DNA of 64,000 nt from Lama guanicoe (Eukaryota), in NCBI GenBank assembly GCA_013239625.1, contig MU054001.1:2300151-2364150 (forward strand). Reading direction: 5' to 3'. Numbering within the stretch: the stretch's first letter is position 1; each line of letters opens with the position of its first letter. This document shows positions 62,408-64,000 of this stretch, piece after piece. The position numbers were made by a program, and so were the translations under genes. The notes below the pieces were generated by a model. It worked only from the letters and a program-made list of their open reading frames with translations. It did no database searches and was not told the DNA's origin.

Positions 62408-64000
62408 CACGTGCAGGAGTGTGATGGGTCTGATTCTCCTCTGAAGGCTTGCACGTGTGTCATTTGGGGCTCCTCTTTGTCATTCACAAGTGCCTTAAAC
62501 AGTGTCCGGCACAAAGTAGGCAGCAGAAAGTAGCTGCTAAGTGCCCAGGAGACCCACTGTGGGCAAAACTGCACGGTTGGTCAGCAGCCTTCCCAAATTA
62601 CTGTTTCTGTTCTAGTAATTTTTTTCATCCTAAGTGCCTCAACATATGTATCTTCAAACTCATCAGGCAGTTTCCTCCCTCTCCTTAATAAAGATCTATA
62701 CTCAGAACTTTTGCTTATATTACCCCCTATATCGTCATCATCTTAATATATTGACTGCTGCATACTGTTGACTGTTTTAATCTTAATACATTGACTGTTT
62801 CCTTCCCCAAGAAGTCTGTATTGTAACAGGGAGGGAGATTTTAAGAGAAAGCCTTTTCTACAACAATGGCCAAGAGGGGTCTCTAGACCGGGCAGTCCTG
62901 ACTCCTGGGAGCCTTCCCGGAAGAAGTTTCTCACTTCAGTTTCTAGTCCCCATAGCTCAACGCTCAGGGTAGCCCATCCGCCCACATGCAATTCCCTGTC
63001 TGGAAGCTAGTGGGGTTTCCACTGCAAAGATTTGTATTCCTGACCCTGGAGGTCTGATTACAACTTCAGGTTTAGTCTCTCTGTAACTTAGATTATACGT
63101 TTCATTTATCTTCTATAATCAAGCTCAGATTGCTCCAGATGCACACAGAATGAGCAGAAGGTGTGGGATATGTGTGCAAAGAAAAACTCCACTTCCCAGC
63201 TTTTGGGGGGCTCCTGTTGACTATTTGGAAAAAATACATAATTTCTCTTTTGGAACCTTGGATCAGCAGGCTGCTCCTCTCCTGTGGCCAGATGCTGCAC
63301 TGTACGCCATTGTGAAATACTAATAGTGAAACTTAAAAGATGTACTCTTGCGAGACAACAGGTGGCCACTGCAACCTCCAGCTCTGATTGGTGGAAAGGC
63401 CACAGGCGCCCAGTGGCCCGGGGAAAGGGCCTCCACTTCTGCGTTTCAAGAACCTGCTCAATGGGGTGTTGTCCTGATAATATCTCAGCTCACTGCCAAT
63501 TTGTGCAACCCGCTGCGCCATTAGGGAGCGCCGCTGGGTTGTCAACGTTAAATGGAGACTCGGGAGAGGAGACCAAAGCTTTTTCAGGAGGGGGGATTGG
63601 AGTCAACCCAGGGACAATGTAAGCAGTTGTTTCTTTCCTGAATACACACCGCTTTCTCATGCAGTCTCCAAACACCCGATTCTTGCTAAGAGAAGAGCAA
63701 ATACACACACTGTCATCTAATTGAAGTTTATTTTTCCTGCTTGGTTCCAGAAAGATAATATTGGGCAAAGGTACATACACAAGGTGTCACCGAGCTGGAG
63801 TGCCTATTTTGGAGAACAGAAGAAATGAAGAGAAACTCGTGTGAGGGTTGTCTGAAAAACTTCAGGCCCTGGGCCAGCAAAGTGTAATCAGCTACGAAAG
63901 TGTGAGTGTCAGCTAAAATATTTGTAAATTTCTCCCTTCGTTAAAGTAGTTTCTAGATAACTGTGCTGGGGAGGGGGGCAAATCTCACAGCTTCTCTTTA

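Noticed and set aside
1..64000. Prokaryotic-type systems (CRISPR arrays, operons, defence islands)
   Set aside because: The sequence is clearly mammalian; no repeat-spacer array or gene-dense region

Overview
Mammalian, repeat-rich, apparently non-genic DNA (intergenic or deep intronic). It is most likely from a camelid, because it carries three tRNA-Ala-derived SINEs matching my recollection of the camelid vic-1 family. I found no host protein-coding exon, rRNA, genuine tRNA or CRISPR array. The only real coding capacity comes from LINE-1. (i) A young 5'-truncated L1 (50076-53074, minus) has a stop-free ORF2 covering the RT and Cys-rich domains. (ii) A ~3.06-kb TSD-flanked L1 (19110-22169, minus) keeps the whole 5'UTR promoter and an essentially intact ORF1, but jumps from the inter-ORF spacer straight to the last ~360 nt of ORF2. 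It therefore has a 'half-L1' (HAL1-like or spliced-L1) architecture and is the most interesting object here. The rest is a mosaic of MIR, L2, CR1/L3, MaLR/ERVL LTRs, hAT and Tc1-mariner MITEs and old L1 fragments, often nested. Several repeat-poor, motif-dense blocks look like conserved enhancers, one with a perfect DR2 nuclear-receptor element at 59042-59055. Repeat family names come from recalled consensus sequences, not a database search, and boundaries of old repeats are approximate.
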